A DNA stretch of 64,000 bases from Octopus sinensis (lineage: Eukaryota), in the NCBI RefSeq assembly GCF_006345805.1, contig NC_042998.1, positions 196,354,001 through 196,418,000 on the forward strand, given 5' to 3'. This document shows positions 49,947 through 63,352 of the stretch, in pieces. The notes under the pieces were generated by a model. That model saw nothing but the letters and a program-made list of their open reading frames with translations. It was not told the origin of the DNA and ran no database searches. How positions within the stretch are numbered: position 1 is the first letter of the stretch; the number at the start of each line of letters is the position of its first letter. Position numbers and translations under genes: made by a program.

Positions 49947-52789
49947 CTGCAAAACAAACAAAAAATACAAGGTAAATAGAATGCAATTATATCAGGTACA
50001 CGACCCCTTTTCTGGCAACTAGCTAATCATCATCATCATCATCATCATCATTATTGTCGTTTAACCAGCGTCGCCTTACTGGCACTTGTGTCCGTGCTAG
50101 TAGGGTGCCAAGAGCACCATCCGAGCGTGATCGTTGCCAGAGCAGCCAACTGGCTTCCGTGCAGGTGGCACGTAAAAGGGCACCATTTGAGCGTGATCAT
50201 TACCAACATCGCTTCACTGGCACCCGTGCCGGTGGCTGGTGTAAAAAGATTCGAGCGAGGTCATTGCCAGTACCACCTGACTGGCCCCCGTGCCAGTGGC
50301 ATGTAAAAAGCACCCGCTACACTCTCGGGAGTAGTTGGTGCTAGGAAGGGCATCCAGCTGTAGAAACTCTGCCAGATCAAGATTGGAGCCTGGTGCAGCC
50401 ATCTGGTTTGCCAGCCCTCAGTCAAAATCGTCCAACCCATGCTAGCATGGAAAGCGGACGTTAAACGATAAATGATGATTTGACTGAGGGCTGGCAAACC
50501 AGATCCCAATCTGATCTGGCAAAGTTTCTACAGCTGGATGCCCTTCCTAGCACCAACCACTCCGAGAGTGTAGCGGGTGCTTTTTACATGCCATCAGCAC
50601 AAGGGCCAGTCAGGCAGTTTTGGCAACGACCACGCAGATGTTAAACGACGATGATGATGATGATATAATGGCTTTAAATCTTCTGACTCTCGACCATATG
50701 GTTCCGAGTTCAATCCCACTAAATGGCATCTTGGGCAGGTATTTTCTACTATAGCCCTAGGCCATGTGAGTGGATTCGACAGATGAAGACTGAAAGAAGC
50801 CTGTTGTAGATATATCATCATCATCATCGTTTAACATCCGTTTTCCACACTGTCAAAGGTTGGACAGTTCGACTGGGGTCTGGGAAGCCAAGAGGCTGCA
50901 CCACATCCCAATCTGATGTATTTATATATATCTATGTGTGTGTTTGTTACCAACCAATACCAGAAAAATGGTGTTGGTTTGTTTACATCCCCCATAACAC
51001 AGTAGTGTGGCAAAAGAGAGCAATAGGATAAGTACCAGGCTTTAGAATAAAAAAATACTGGGACCAATTTGAAGACTGTGCCCCAGCATGGCCATAGTCT
51101 GTTGAATGAAACAAGTAGAAGAGAAGGCTAAGAAGTTTTGGGAATTAGGTAAGTTAACTACATTGACCCCAGTGTTTTGAAGCTATCTAATTGACCCTGA
51201 TAGAATAAAAAAAAGGTGACCTCGGCAGAATTTGAACCCAGAAGAAATGCCACGAAGCATTTTGTCCATCACAATAACGATTCTGTCGATGGTGAGCTGG
51301 CAGAATGTAAAAGAGATTCTGAACATTAAAATGGACATCTTAACTGAAGGCATAGTTTAAGTCATTGGACTGTGGCCATGCTGGAGCACTGCCTTCAAGA
51401 ATTTTTAATCAGATGAATCAACCCCAGCACTTACTATTTTAAGGCTGGTACTTATTCTATCGGTCTCTTTTGCCAAACTGCTAAGTTTCGAGGACATAAA
51501 CACACCAACACTGGTTGTCAAGCAATAGTGAAGGACAAACAGACACAAAGACACATGCATAAATACACACACACACACGTGTATATATATATATATATAT
51601 ATATATATCATTGTTTAATGTCCGCCTTCCATGCTGACATAGGTGGGATGGTTTGACAAGAGCCAGCCAGGCAGAAGCCTGCACCAGACTTCTGTAACTG
51701 TTTTGGAAGGATTTTTACAGCTGGATGCTCTTCCTAACGCCAACCACTCCAAGAATGTAGTGGGTGCTTTTAAGTGCCACCGGCGCAGGAACCAGTCAGG
51801 GGGCACTGACATCAGATATCATCATCATCATATATATATATATAATGTGTGTGTGGAGGCGCAATGGCCCAGTGGTTAGGGTGTCGGACTCATGGTTGTA
51901 GGATCGCGGTTTCAATTCCCAGACCGGGCGTTGTGAGTGTTTATTGAGCGAAAACAACTAAAAGCTTGATGAGGCTCCAGCAGGGGGTTGGTGGCGATCC
52001 CTGCTGTATTCTTTCGCCACAACTTTCTCTCACTCTTCTCTTAGCCAGCGGGGTGGCATCATTTGAAGGCTAAAACAATGCGAAACGCATTGTGACCAGT
52101 GATGTGTAGTAACATCTGATAGCCTGGTCGGTCACGGTGATATATATACACACACATATATATATATATACGATGAGCTTCATTCAGTTTGTCAACCAAA
52201 TCCATTAACAAAGCATTGTTCAGCCTGAGGTTATAGTGGGACTGAAACCCAAGCCATGTGATGAAGTAGCAAACTCCTTACCACACATCCACACCTGCAA
52301 GTTTTAAGAACAAAAACATTTTTTATTGTTTGGAAGCCATGGCAACAATCTCCTAAGAAACTGTTCCAGACCCTTCCTGTATTATTAGCAACTGAGTGGG
52401 TGAATGAGGCATAATTTCAAGGATTATGTCCGGTTACAACTGGAGCCAGTAGGTCTTAACAGCAGGGATGGTAAGTGTCCCAAAAGAATAACCCTCTTCC
52501 CATACAAGGGAAGCGGATCCCTAATCTGGGACACAAGTTGTCACATTCTCTGGCTCCAACTTTGTTGCATTAGCCATAAACTCGGGTATCGCCGTCAGTT
52601 GCCATCAAAACCTTAGGTGTCCCTTGGACCCCACACTGCCGATTTCCTCTGCAAAATCGGGATAACTGTAGCCCACCTGAGAAGTGAACCCTACAAGGGC
52701 ATGGAGAATTGCAGTAAGTTATGTTAGTAAGATGGGGTAGAAATTAAGGGATTTGTTATAAAAAAAATAGAAACAAAAAACGCCCTTAC

Positions 52790-52878
52790 CTGCTTGTGAG
52801 CATCAGTGACCACTGCTTTCTTATATGGTCGAAGATCTTCAGAACCAAAACCAGGAACCCACATATTCCAGTTACGTT
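52790..52878 (-). CDS. TAF12: TAF12 coding exon 3 (ERNWNMWVPGFGSEDLRPYKKAVVTDAHKQ)
   Basis: CTTTAG acceptor, GTAAGG donor; phase 1 in, 0 out; WNMW.PGFG motif. Confidence 0.97.
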
Positions 52879-54080
52879 CTAAAGAGATCAAAACAGACAG
52901 TTAAACGTATGGAAAAGAAGTGATTTCTTCCACAAATACATAAAATACTAAATAATCGTTTCTGTTCTAGGCACAGGGCCCGAACTTCTGGTGTAGAGGG
53001 CCAGTCGATTACATCGACCCCAGTACGCAACTGGTACTTAATTTATCGACCCTGAAATGATGAAAGGCAAAGTCGACCTCAGCGGAATTTGAACTCAGAA
53101 CGTAAAGACAGACGAAATACCACTAAGCATTTCGCCCGGTGTGCTAACGTTTCTGCCAGCTCGCTGCCTTAAAATACTAAAATAATAATAGCACAATTTC
53201 TCAGTCATCATCACCACTATCATTTTCTAAAACATGTCATATGGCACTACGGATTGATGAAGCCAAATTTCCCAAATACGACGATGTTTAAGTAATTGTG
53301 AGCTGTGACCACAAGGTTGATATAGTAGTTACCTCCCCTGAAGTGTTTCACTTCAGAGAGAACTTGCGTCTACATTTTGTATATAACATTTACTTGTTTC
53401 AGGATTAGGCAGCGGCCATGCTGGGGCACTCGCCTTGAAGAATTTTTAGTTGAACAAATCGATCACAGTACTTATTTTTTAAAAACCTAGCATCAGTCTC
53501 ATTTGGCGAACCTCTAAGTTATATATATACCATGGTTCCGGGTTCAGTCCCACTGCGTGGCACCTTGGTTGAGTGTCTTCTACTATAGCCTCGGGCCGAC
53601 CAAAGCCTTGTGTGTGGATTTGGTAGGCGGAAACTGAAAGAAGCCCGTCGTATATATGTGTGTGTGTATATGTATGTACGTGTGTGTGTGTGTTTGTCCC
53701 TCCAACATCGCTTGACAACTGATGCTGGTGTGTTTACGTCTCCGTAACATAGCGGTTCGGCAAAAGATACTGATAGAATAAGTACTAAGCTTACAAAGAA
53801 TAAGTCCCGGGTAGGATTTCTTCGGCTAAAGGCAGTGCTCCAGCATGGCCACAGTCAAATGACTGAATATATATACAAACACACACATATATATATATAT
53901 ATCATATTTTATTCTTTTACTTGCTTCACTCCATGCTGGAAGACCATCTTTAGTTGAACAAATCGACCCCAGAACTTGTTCTATCGGTCTCTTTTGCAGA
54001 ACCGCTAAGTCACAGGGGAATAAACACACCAACATTGGTTGTGAAGCAATGGGGAAGGGGGAACAAACACAGATACACAA

Positions 54081-54117
<37 letters not shown>

Positions 54118-54636
54118 TGGCTTCCTTCAGTTTCCGTCTACCAAATCCACTCAAGGCATTGGTTGGCTTGAGGCTATAGTAAAAGACACTTGCCCAAGGT
54201 GATATGCAGTGGGACTGAACCTAAAACCATGTGGTTGGGAAGCAAGCTTCTTACCACACAGCCACTCCTATTAATTTCAAATTTTGGCACAGGGCCAGCA
54301 ATTTCGGGAGTGGGGCTACTTCATAAAATCAACCCCAGTGTTCAACTGGTACAAGTGTTATCAACCCCTAGAAGGGGCATTTGTCTTCTCTTACAAGTGA
54401 CTTGGGTACCTAGACAGTGCTGGTGCCACAAAAAAGGCACCCAGTACCCTTTGTTAAGTGAATGACATTAGGAAGGACATCCACCCATGGAAACCATGCC
54501 AAAACAGACAAGAGAGCTGGTCACATCCCTCTGGCTTGCCAGCTTTTGTTAAACCATTCAGCCCATGCCAGTATGGAAAATGAACATTAAATGACGATGG
54601 TAGCATTGGAAATGGACATAAAAAGATGAATATATA

Positions 54637-54683
<47 letters not shown>

Positions 54684-54791
54684 AAATTTAAAATGAGGGT
54701 GAGAAATTAGATATTATTTAATTAACATCGATTTCACACCAGTGGTCTAGCATAAAAAAACTGAAGGTTCAGTAAAATTGTATTATATATA

Positions 54792-55047
54792 TATATTAGA
54801 GGGAAACCACTATGTGGACACCCTTATGCTAGAAATAGATCCGCTATGGTCTCCCCACTAAGAAATGTTCTCAAGAAAAATTTAGCAAAACGAATAATCC
54901 ATATTTTTATTACTTTTTCTTTTGTCTTGCTCAATTACGTTTTGGTTGTTTTGCTAAATTTTTCTTAAGAACATTTCTTAGTGGTGAGACCATAGCAGAT
55001 CTATTTCTAGCATAAGGGTGTCCACATAGTGATTTCCCTCTAATATA
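54792..55047. repeat. Palindromic TA-flanked MITE-like element in a TAF12 intron
   Basis: ~100-bp inverted arms (TTAGAGGGAAACCACTATGTGGACACC...). Confidence 0.85.
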
Positions 55048-55056
55048 CATATATTA

Positions 55057-55096
<40 letters not shown>

Positions 55097-55212
55097 TCAC
55101 TTAAAAGCTAAACCCCATGATGTGACAAAATCCACATAACAACGAATGAAAAGTTCGTTTATAATACGCTATGCTCCAATTACGTTCCTCAATAGATTAT
55201 AAAACAACTTAC

Positions 55213-55327
55213 CCAGGTGTAACTGGACATCCTTCACTTCTAAGACATTAGATTTGCGGTGTTTAGCTATTTGGCACGCATTAGTAACAACATTCTCAAT
55301 GAAGTCATCGGCTATTTGTAATAAGAC
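55213..55327 (-). CDS. TAF12: TAF12 coding exon 2 ([38 protein letters not shown])
   Basis: TTTCAG acceptor, GTAAGT donor; phase 0 in, 1 out; histone-fold core. Confidence 0.97.
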
Positions 55328-57952
55328 CTGAAATGGGAAACCAATTGTCGTATCACTAACAAAGTAGAACAGAAGAAAACGTGCTTAGGGTGAAATTTAA
55401 GCTAAGAGATATCAATAATTTTCCTTTATGATTCAATGAGAAGTTCATTTGCAAGGCTTGGATCAATCTGAGACAAAATTTGGCTTTTATTAACAACAGT
55501 ATTTTTACAGGATGAAAGAAAAACAAAAACCATGAAAAGTATAAAGGGTAAACTTAAGAAAACCTTAACTACCTCACCAAAGAAACAAAGTAAGAGAGAT
55601 TAAGCAGCAGAAGATGGCAAAGGTGGGGGTGGAGGTAACAGATTGTATATCCCAGAACCGATGTGTGTTTAGCTGCGCCTTGTGGACAGGTTTGCAAAGG
55701 CGTTGCCACAAAGACTGACCGGCAACAGACACTGCAGCATCTGCCCCACATCACAGGGCACATTTCTCAGGTGGGCCACATTTATTCCAATTTTGCAGTA
55801 GTGCAGGGTCCAAGAATAGCTAGGGTCTCAACTGTAACTGCAGCAAACTGGTAGCAGCTGTATTTGTCTGTTTTTCTCTTCACTGTGTTACGAGCAGCAA
55901 CGCCTAGGGTTGTGGACAATGCAGTAAGGTTGGAGCTGAAGAACATGTCACAGCAGGTCGCATCCCAGACTAGCAGTATCGCCCGGCGTTGCTCGGGTAT
56001 GTAAGGGAAATAACTATATAAGCATTTTTAGAGAGTTATAGCCAAAAAATAGCAAAAAAAAATGCATTAAAAATGGGAAAAAAATTATGGTAAATTTTTT
56101 TTTAAATCGTTGACTCATCGTAGACATTTTTAGAGAGTTACTTCCCTTATATAATAGCGAAAAAATGCATTAAAATGGAAAAAAAACCATGGTAAATTTT
56201 TTTTTAAATCGTAGACTCATCGTAGACGCGCGCTAATACCCAGAAGGGCTCGATATGAATCACGACTATAAGATACCCTGTTTTGGTTACACTGCACCGC
56301 AAAATGTGGGAGTAGTTAGGAATCTAAATCGTAGGAGACAGACACACAACTTGACTTTTATATATAAAAATTAGGGATCTGAGATACTTGTCCAAGGTTC
56401 TTTGCAGTGTGGAACGATTGATTTGGTGCAGTAGTTTGAATGCAGACAATGTGGCACGGCTAACTGGACATGCAATGTTTTGAAGAGGGTGCATTTTCGT
56501 GCTGGAGGAAATGGTTCAGCTGCTGGCTCTCCAGATCCCAGTCAAACCATCCAACCCATGCCAGCATAGAAAACAGACATTAAACAATGATGATCATGAT
56601 GAATGGTACATGTACAGAAAGGAAAACAGACAGAGAGATTACAATTTACTAAACAAAATTGAGATTTCCCTCTTCCCATACTCTTTACTCTTTCACTTGT
56701 TTCAGTCATTTTGACTGCGGCCATACTGGAGCACTGCCTTTAGTCAAGCAAATCGACCCCAGGACTTATTCTTTGTAAGCCTTGTACTTATTCTATCAGT
56801 CTCTTTTGCTGAACCGCTAAGTTACGGAGATGTAAACACACCAGCATCGGTTGTCAAGCGATGTTGGGGGCACAAACACACACACACAAACATATACACA
56901 CAGACACATACATATACATGTATACGACAGGCTTCTTTCAGTTTCCGTCTACCAAATCCACTCACAAGGCTTTGGTCAGCCCGAATCTATAGTAGAAGAC
57001 ACTTGCCCAAGGTGCCACGCAGTGGGACTGAACCCGGAACCATGTGGTTCGTAAGCAAGCTACTTACCACACAGCCACTCCTACGTCTATACTCATACTG
57101 ATAAATAGAGAGGGAGAGCAAGAGAAATGCTGATTTCAAACTTTGGTACAAGGCCAGGGAGTAAGTTGATTACACTGCCCCCAATTTTTCATTGATACTC
57201 CTTTTATCAACTCTGAAAGGATGAAAAGCCAAGGCAACCATAGCAGAATCTGAACTCAGAACATAAAGATGGATGAAATGTTACCAAACATTTTGCCCAG
57301 CTTGATGTCTTAAATGTGAGAAAAATGTTGGTTTCAGATTTTGGTACAAAAACAGCAATTTTGGAGGAGGAGATAAGTCAATTATATCAACCCTATTGCT
57401 CAACTGGTACATACTGTATCGATCCCAAAAGGATAAAAAGCCAAGTCAACCATATCAGAATTTGAACTCAGGAGGTAAAGATGGATGAAATACCACTAAG
57501 CATTTTGCCCAGCAAACTATTCTGCTAGGTCTCTGGCTCCAAAGAGAGATATATTAAAACCTATTTCTTTATTACCCACAAGGGACTAAACACAGAGGAG
57601 ACAAACAAGGACAGACATAGGTATTAAGTCGACTACATCGACCCCAGTGAGTAACTGGTACTTAATTTATCGACCCCGAAAGGATGAAAGGCAAAGTCGA
57701 CCTCGGCAGAATTTGAACTCACAACGTAACAGCAGACGAAATACCGCAAAGCATTTCGCCCAGCGTGCTAACGTTTCTGCCAGCTCACCACCTTGAGAAA
57801 AATTTAGTTCAGTAGCTTTCCAAACAGATATATCAAAACATCTACAGCCAAGTAAGTCAGCAATGCCAAAACAGCTGAGCCAAAATGCCCCACAGCATCA
57901 ACAGGGGGGATTGAACCAGGAGCTGTGTGGTTACAAAGCAAACTTCACCTAC

Positions 57953-58183
57953 CTCTTCTACATCTTCATCCAGCTGTTCCAAAGGGTCGACTTCCTTCAC
58001 AAGTTCCTGGAGTCGTCGTTTGTCAAGGACCTTGCTCTCTGCTGGGGACACAGACATGGCAGGGTTCACCTGACTCGTTGTAATGACAGGTCGAAGACCC
58101 GCTGGTTGCTGGTTCAAAGCCATCATCTGACTTGTACTCACAACGGGGCAGTTATTCTCGCCCATTCCAGGTAATTTATTCAT
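57953..58183 (-). CDS. TAF12: TFIID subunit 12, coding exon 1 (MNKLPG...VLDKRRLQELVKEVDPLEQLDEDVEE)
   Basis: Acceptor TTGCTAG 13 nt upstream of ATG 58183; GTAGGT donor; start of the histone fold L.K..LQ.LV.EVDP.EQLDEDVEE. Confidence 0.92.
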
Positions 58184-59108
58184 TGTGAGGAAAACTCTAG
58201 CAAAAATGAAATAAATACAAGAAAAAGAAAATACTTTATCAATATTTCAAACTACAATCACACAAAACTGTGTACAAATAAGAAATTAGCCAAAACCAAA
58301 TCACTGTCATATATATTAAATATATATATATATATATAAAAATAATAATATTAGGGAGTATAACTCCAAACTTACAGGGAAAGATTCAATTTAGTATTAA
58401 ATCAAATTCCACAATATAAATATATAATATACTAGCAGTATTGCCTGGCGTTGCTCGGGTTTGTTTCGACCCTTTAGAATTGGAATTTTTGAAAAGTAAA
58501 AATGTTGCATTATAGGGATTTTCATAGAAAAAAAGCACCTTTTTGATGTAAATAATCTTTAGTCTTAACATGGTTTGATTTGAATTTTATCTTCTATGGA
58601 ATGAAGAGCAAGCCTTCTTCTATCATACTCTCAATTTTGGTCAACTTGCACCGCAGGGTCTCGGAGAGGAGATAGTATTAGTTAAAGGCTACCAAACCTG
58701 CCATACACAGACATCTTCAGCTTTATATATATATATAAATTAGAGAAAAACCACTATTATGCAATTCACATATATATATGTGTGTGTGTGTGTTAAATAA
58801 AATGAGACAACAAAGCCAAGGCTGTGTAGGATTTTCAGGGCATTTATAAAGAGAAAGTTAGTCTTACAGCTGATTCTGGGATATTAGGGATATCCCTTCA
58901 TCAGAGACGGTATGAGATGGTTAAATAGAGGGAGATATGAGGAGTTATTTTGGAAAAGGAAGCATATATGTATATATACACACACCTTAATGATTATACA
59001 CATATATTAGAAGATTTGGAGATGATGTACAGGTATTACATATTAGAAGAAATGAGGTGCTCAGAAATCTAAATATAAAACCATCCAGATTTCTGAGTAC
59101 CTCATTTC

Positions 59109-59139
<31 letters not shown>

Positions 59140-59689
59140 CGTTTGTAAAAAAACATAAGTCCGAAAGAAGCACACTCTGAGATGAAGAGCAGTATATCTT
59201 AAAAATGGGGAAGGTCGGTTTATGGGATTACCTTAGGTTTCCTGTCCATAAAGTTAAACCCTTTATGGATGGGAAAACTAAGGTAATCCCCCACACCTAT
59301 ATTTTATCTTTTACTTGTTTCGGTCATTAGCTAGTGGCCATGCTGGAACACCGTCTTGAAGAGTCTAGTCGAACAAATTGACCCTTGTATTGATTTTTTA
59401 AATACATCTGGCACTTATTCTATCGGTTACATTGCCGAACCGCTAGGTTACCGGAACATTAAGCGGTGGTAGGAACGAGACAGAGACACATACACACACA
59501 CGTGTGTGAATTTGTGTGTGCGCGCGTGTAAGGGGCTTCCACACAATTTCCGTCTACGAAATTCATTCATAAGGCATTGGTCGACCCTGGGCTATAGTAA
59601 AAGACACTTCTCCCAAGGCACCGTGTAGGATTGAACTCGAAACCACGGATGTCTCCACACAAACATATATATATATATATATATATACA

Positions 59690-59818
59690 CAGGGTGTCCC
59701 AAAAAAATGTATACACACCTTAAATAATTGTAAATTTGTTATTCTTGTAAGCCTAGTACTATTCTATCGTTCTCTTTTGCCGAACCACTATGTGTATACA
59801 TTTTTGGGGGACACCCTG
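59690..59818. mobile_element. Tc1/mariner-type MITE inside a (TA)n array
   Basis: TIR CAGGGTGTCCCAAAAAAATGTATACAC / GTGTATACATTTTTGGGGGACACCCTG. Confidence 0.7.
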
Positions 59819-59869
<51 letters not shown>

Positions 59870-60457
59870 GTGGACTTATCAATATATGCATGAACACACA
59901 CAGACATCATAGTAAGGAGAGAAGCTCTAATTATTGTAAAGTATTTTCACACTGAATGAACATCGAAAAACAAGAGACAAAACACAAGTTAATAAACGAG
60001 GGATATTTCTAGAAAAGCGTGGAGTTGTGTACATTAATCTTTGGTAAAACGACAAACGAGTCACATTTGTAACATATTGTAGGATATTGTCATATAAAAG
60101 ACAAACTGGGAAACTTTTTGTCTTTAATTTACGGTTTTGGGTCGGAGATTCATAAAAGCATGTTTGAGTGAGGACAACAAAATTATAAATATAATGGTTT
60201 TATAATGGAATATAATGTATTTTCTTAAATTTCGTTTTGTTTAGGCACTTCTTTATGTTTCTAAATGTAGTAAAATCATTCAAAAATAGGGAAATTTATA
60301 AATAAATAATCCCAAAGGAGATTTTTTTTAATGAAAATAACAACAAAGTTCTGAGGATGGAATGAAGACAGGTGACTTTAGAGGCCATAAACTCAGCCGC
60401 AGCGGCTGTTTTAAACAACGAGATCGTTGTTAAGAAGACAGAAATGTGAATATTTAC

Positions 60458-60590
60458 CTTGAGCAAAGAAATAAATGCAGATATTTGCGCAGTAGAAGAC
60501 AAACGGTGAGAAAACCTCCTCAACAGAATCTCAGCAATTGAGCACTGGTGGCCATGTTGGCGGCCGAGTGGAGAGCGCATGCGCAGCGCT
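60458..60590 (-). promoter_or_regulatory. Probable TAF12 non-coding first exon and core promoter
   Basis: Local CpG-rich patch; AAG|GTAAAT donor at 60457; NRF1/EWG-type palindrome GCGCATGCGC at 60575-60584; YY1-like AACATGGC on the minus strand at 60551-60558. Confidence 0.45.
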
Positions 60591-61009
60591 CGCAAATGTC
60601 GGCCATTTCTGGGAAAGAGGCAGAAATTCAAATTAACGTCTTTGTTGAAATTTCGTTGTGGTAGCGATCCATCAATAGAAAGGGAAATACCTGTTTATTA
60701 TAGCTATACGTCCTATATAAAATGTAAATGAGGTTCTCGTTTGGCTACCTGCCTGTGAATAAAGTTAATTTGTTTCTTGGTAGTCGTCTCGTTGACTGAT
60801 GTCTTTGGACTCCTCAATCCGAAATAATACAACCAACTAAAATATGTCTAGAAAATCGATAAAAATATTTTAGTTATCCTTTAGTTTAGCACTTTATACT
60901 CACTTTTTATTTGTCAACACTTATGATAAATATGAATGTGATTGCTAAACTTAAGAATGGCCAAAATTTTTAGAATTAAATTTCTGGCAATTTAATTTGA
61001 AAGAAGTAT

Positions 61010-61188
61010 TAGCTTATTATTATTATTATTATTATTGTAATATATAATAAATGTATAATAATAATAATAGTAATAATAATAGTAATGATAATAATAATAA
61101 TAATAATGATAGTAATAATAGTAATAATAATAATAATAATAATAATGATAATAATAATAATAATAATAATAATAAATGTATAATAATG

Positions 61189-61257
<69 letters not shown>

Positions 61258-61270
61258 GTATAATAATAAT
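61010..61270. repeat. (TAA)n microsatellite
   Basis: Read directly. Confidence 0.95.
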
Positions 61271-61455
61271 ATAAAAATATTCAGACAAATACATAACAAA
61301 AGCACCAGGACTTACAAACACATATACAATACAGAAAATTGCACTACTAGGCACTGCACACATCCTACGCAGAACACTTTCCATACAATAACCATCAGAG
61401 CATCACAACAAATCACAGCACATACCCAAGGCACACAGAGCTGTGCTCGGTAGTG
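61271..61455 (+). mobile_element. Second Dong/R4-like fragment
   Basis: Near-identical to ~29030-29210; directly preceded by a (TAA)n array. Confidence 0.75.
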
Positions 61456-63122
61456 CTTTGTCGTTTAGAGACAAGTTACACCTTTTCTAACACACTTATA
61501 ATGACATTCCAACCGGGTCTAACCTATATTTTATTCATATATTTATTTCTTTATTGCCCTTGTTTGTCCCCTCTGTGTTTAGCCCCTTATGGGTAGTAAA
61601 GAAATAGGTATTTCGCCTGCCGCTACGTTCTGAGTTCAAATTCCGCCGAGGTCGACTTTGCCTTTCATCCTTTCGGGGTCGATAAATTAAGTACCAGTTA
61701 CGCACTGGGGTCGATGTAATCGACTTAATCCGTGTGTCTGTCCTTGTTTGTCCCCTCTGTGTTTTGCCACTTGTGGGTAGTAAAGAAATAGGTATTTCGT
61801 CTGCCGTTACGTTCTGAGTTCAAATTCCGCCAAGGTCGACTTTGCCTTTCATCCTTTCGGGGTCGATTAAATAAGTACCAGTGACGCACTAAGGTCGATG
61901 TAATCGACTTAATCCGTTTGTCTGTCCTTGTTTGTCCTCTCTGTGTTTGGCCCCTTGTGGGTAGTAAAGAAATAGGTATTTCGTCTGCCGTTACGTTCTG
62001 AGTTCAAATTCCGCCGAGGTCGACTTTGCCGTTCATCCTTTCGGAGTCGATAAATTAAGTACCAGTTGCGTACTGGGGTCGATCTAAACGACTGGCCCCA
62101 TCCCCCAAAATTTCGGGCTTGTGCCTAAAGCAGAAAAGAATATGCGCCGCTGAATTTGTGATGCGTCCCATATGCCGAGCGTCACACGACTGGAAACAAT
62201 ACGTTTCTTGTCTGTTCTATGGTAACTAAATGTTTTACTCTGTATTCCTCACACGGGCAAGCCAACATTGCTAGACATGACGAAGGGGTACATCAGCACT
62301 ATGTGGACATTATGAAGGAGTGTGCAAGAAGAAAACGCTTAAGAACTTGTTATAGATGGTTATCGGAGGCTTGTGGTTATTGCTAGTTAAAAGCTATTTA
62401 TATGTGAGGACACAGCTATGCGGGTTTTGTTTAGATTAATGATATTATGCAATGCTTTAAGTTTGGAAACACATGCAGCTCAGAAGACGTCACCCTTTCT
62501 GAGGGTCTTTATACAAGTGAAATAAATTTCCTGAAACGTTCACTTCGGTATTTTCACTTCTTCCACACAGTGAAGAGGGTAATGATGTTAATCATGACGA
62601 CGGTGATGGTGGTGATGGAGCTGTTGTTGTTAAGCAAGAAGACGGATAAGGATGATTAGGTGATGATCTAGGGCTTAGGGGCGGGAGACCCCAAACCTTG
62701 GGGAAAAAAAAAAAAACTTTGGTCGTCTTGTTGTAGTCGAGGGCTCTTCGTTGACACCCGACACCACTGGTAGGTGGCCCTCGAAGTCGCTGGAAATGGA
62801 GATCTCCAGGTTCAAATTCTTGGACGGTTGGTGGTGGTGGTGGATCAATAATGAGTACACTAGCAAAGAAGGTATTTCAAAAGTGACTACCACATCTTAA
62901 TTTATTGAGACGAAATGTCTGAAAATACATTCTTCAGAATGCCATTTAAAAAAGAATTTATTTCTCTTGATGGTAGAACGTAAGTGATCTGAGGGATTTT
63001 TAACTATGATATTTGATAGGTTGAATGAATATACAAGGACAAACTTACAGCCTCAACTACAGAGTGTGGCAGAAAAAGGGGAAAAAAAAAAAAAACAGAA
63101 CATGCTTTTTACTCGACCAGTA

Positions 63123-63352
63123 TTTATTTCTTTACTACCCACAAAAGGCTAAACGCAGAGAGGACAAACAAGGACAAACGGATTAAGTCGATTACATCGA
63201 TCCCAGTGCGTAACTGGTACTTATTTAATCGACCCCGAAAGGATGAAAAGCAAAGTCGACCTCGGCGGAATTTGAACTCACAACGTAACGGCAGACGAAA
63301 TACCACTACGCATTTCGCCCGGCGTGCTAACCTTTCTGCCAGCTCGCCGCCT
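63123..63352 (-). mobile_element. SINE family C (Nin/Deu-domain-like core TTCATCCTTTCGGGGTCGAT), representative copy
   Basis: Copies at 37148-37510, 40344-40518 (19-bp TSD GGTATATTTATTTAGTTTT), 43455-43835, 44820-45050(-), 52980-53170(-), 57565-57795(-), 61555-62095. Confidence 0.8.

Noticed and set aside
57863-58174. 103-aa plus-strand ORF
   Set aside because: Antisense shadow of the TAF12 exon.
60992-61384. Poly-L/Y/I/N ORFs
   Set aside because: (TAA)n translations plus the antisense of the Dong/R4 fragment.
62675-62893. 72-aa ORF, and a plus-strand MSTLAKK start (cf. DRG1 MSSTLAKI)
   Set aside because: The match ends after 6 residues and no continuing exon was found.
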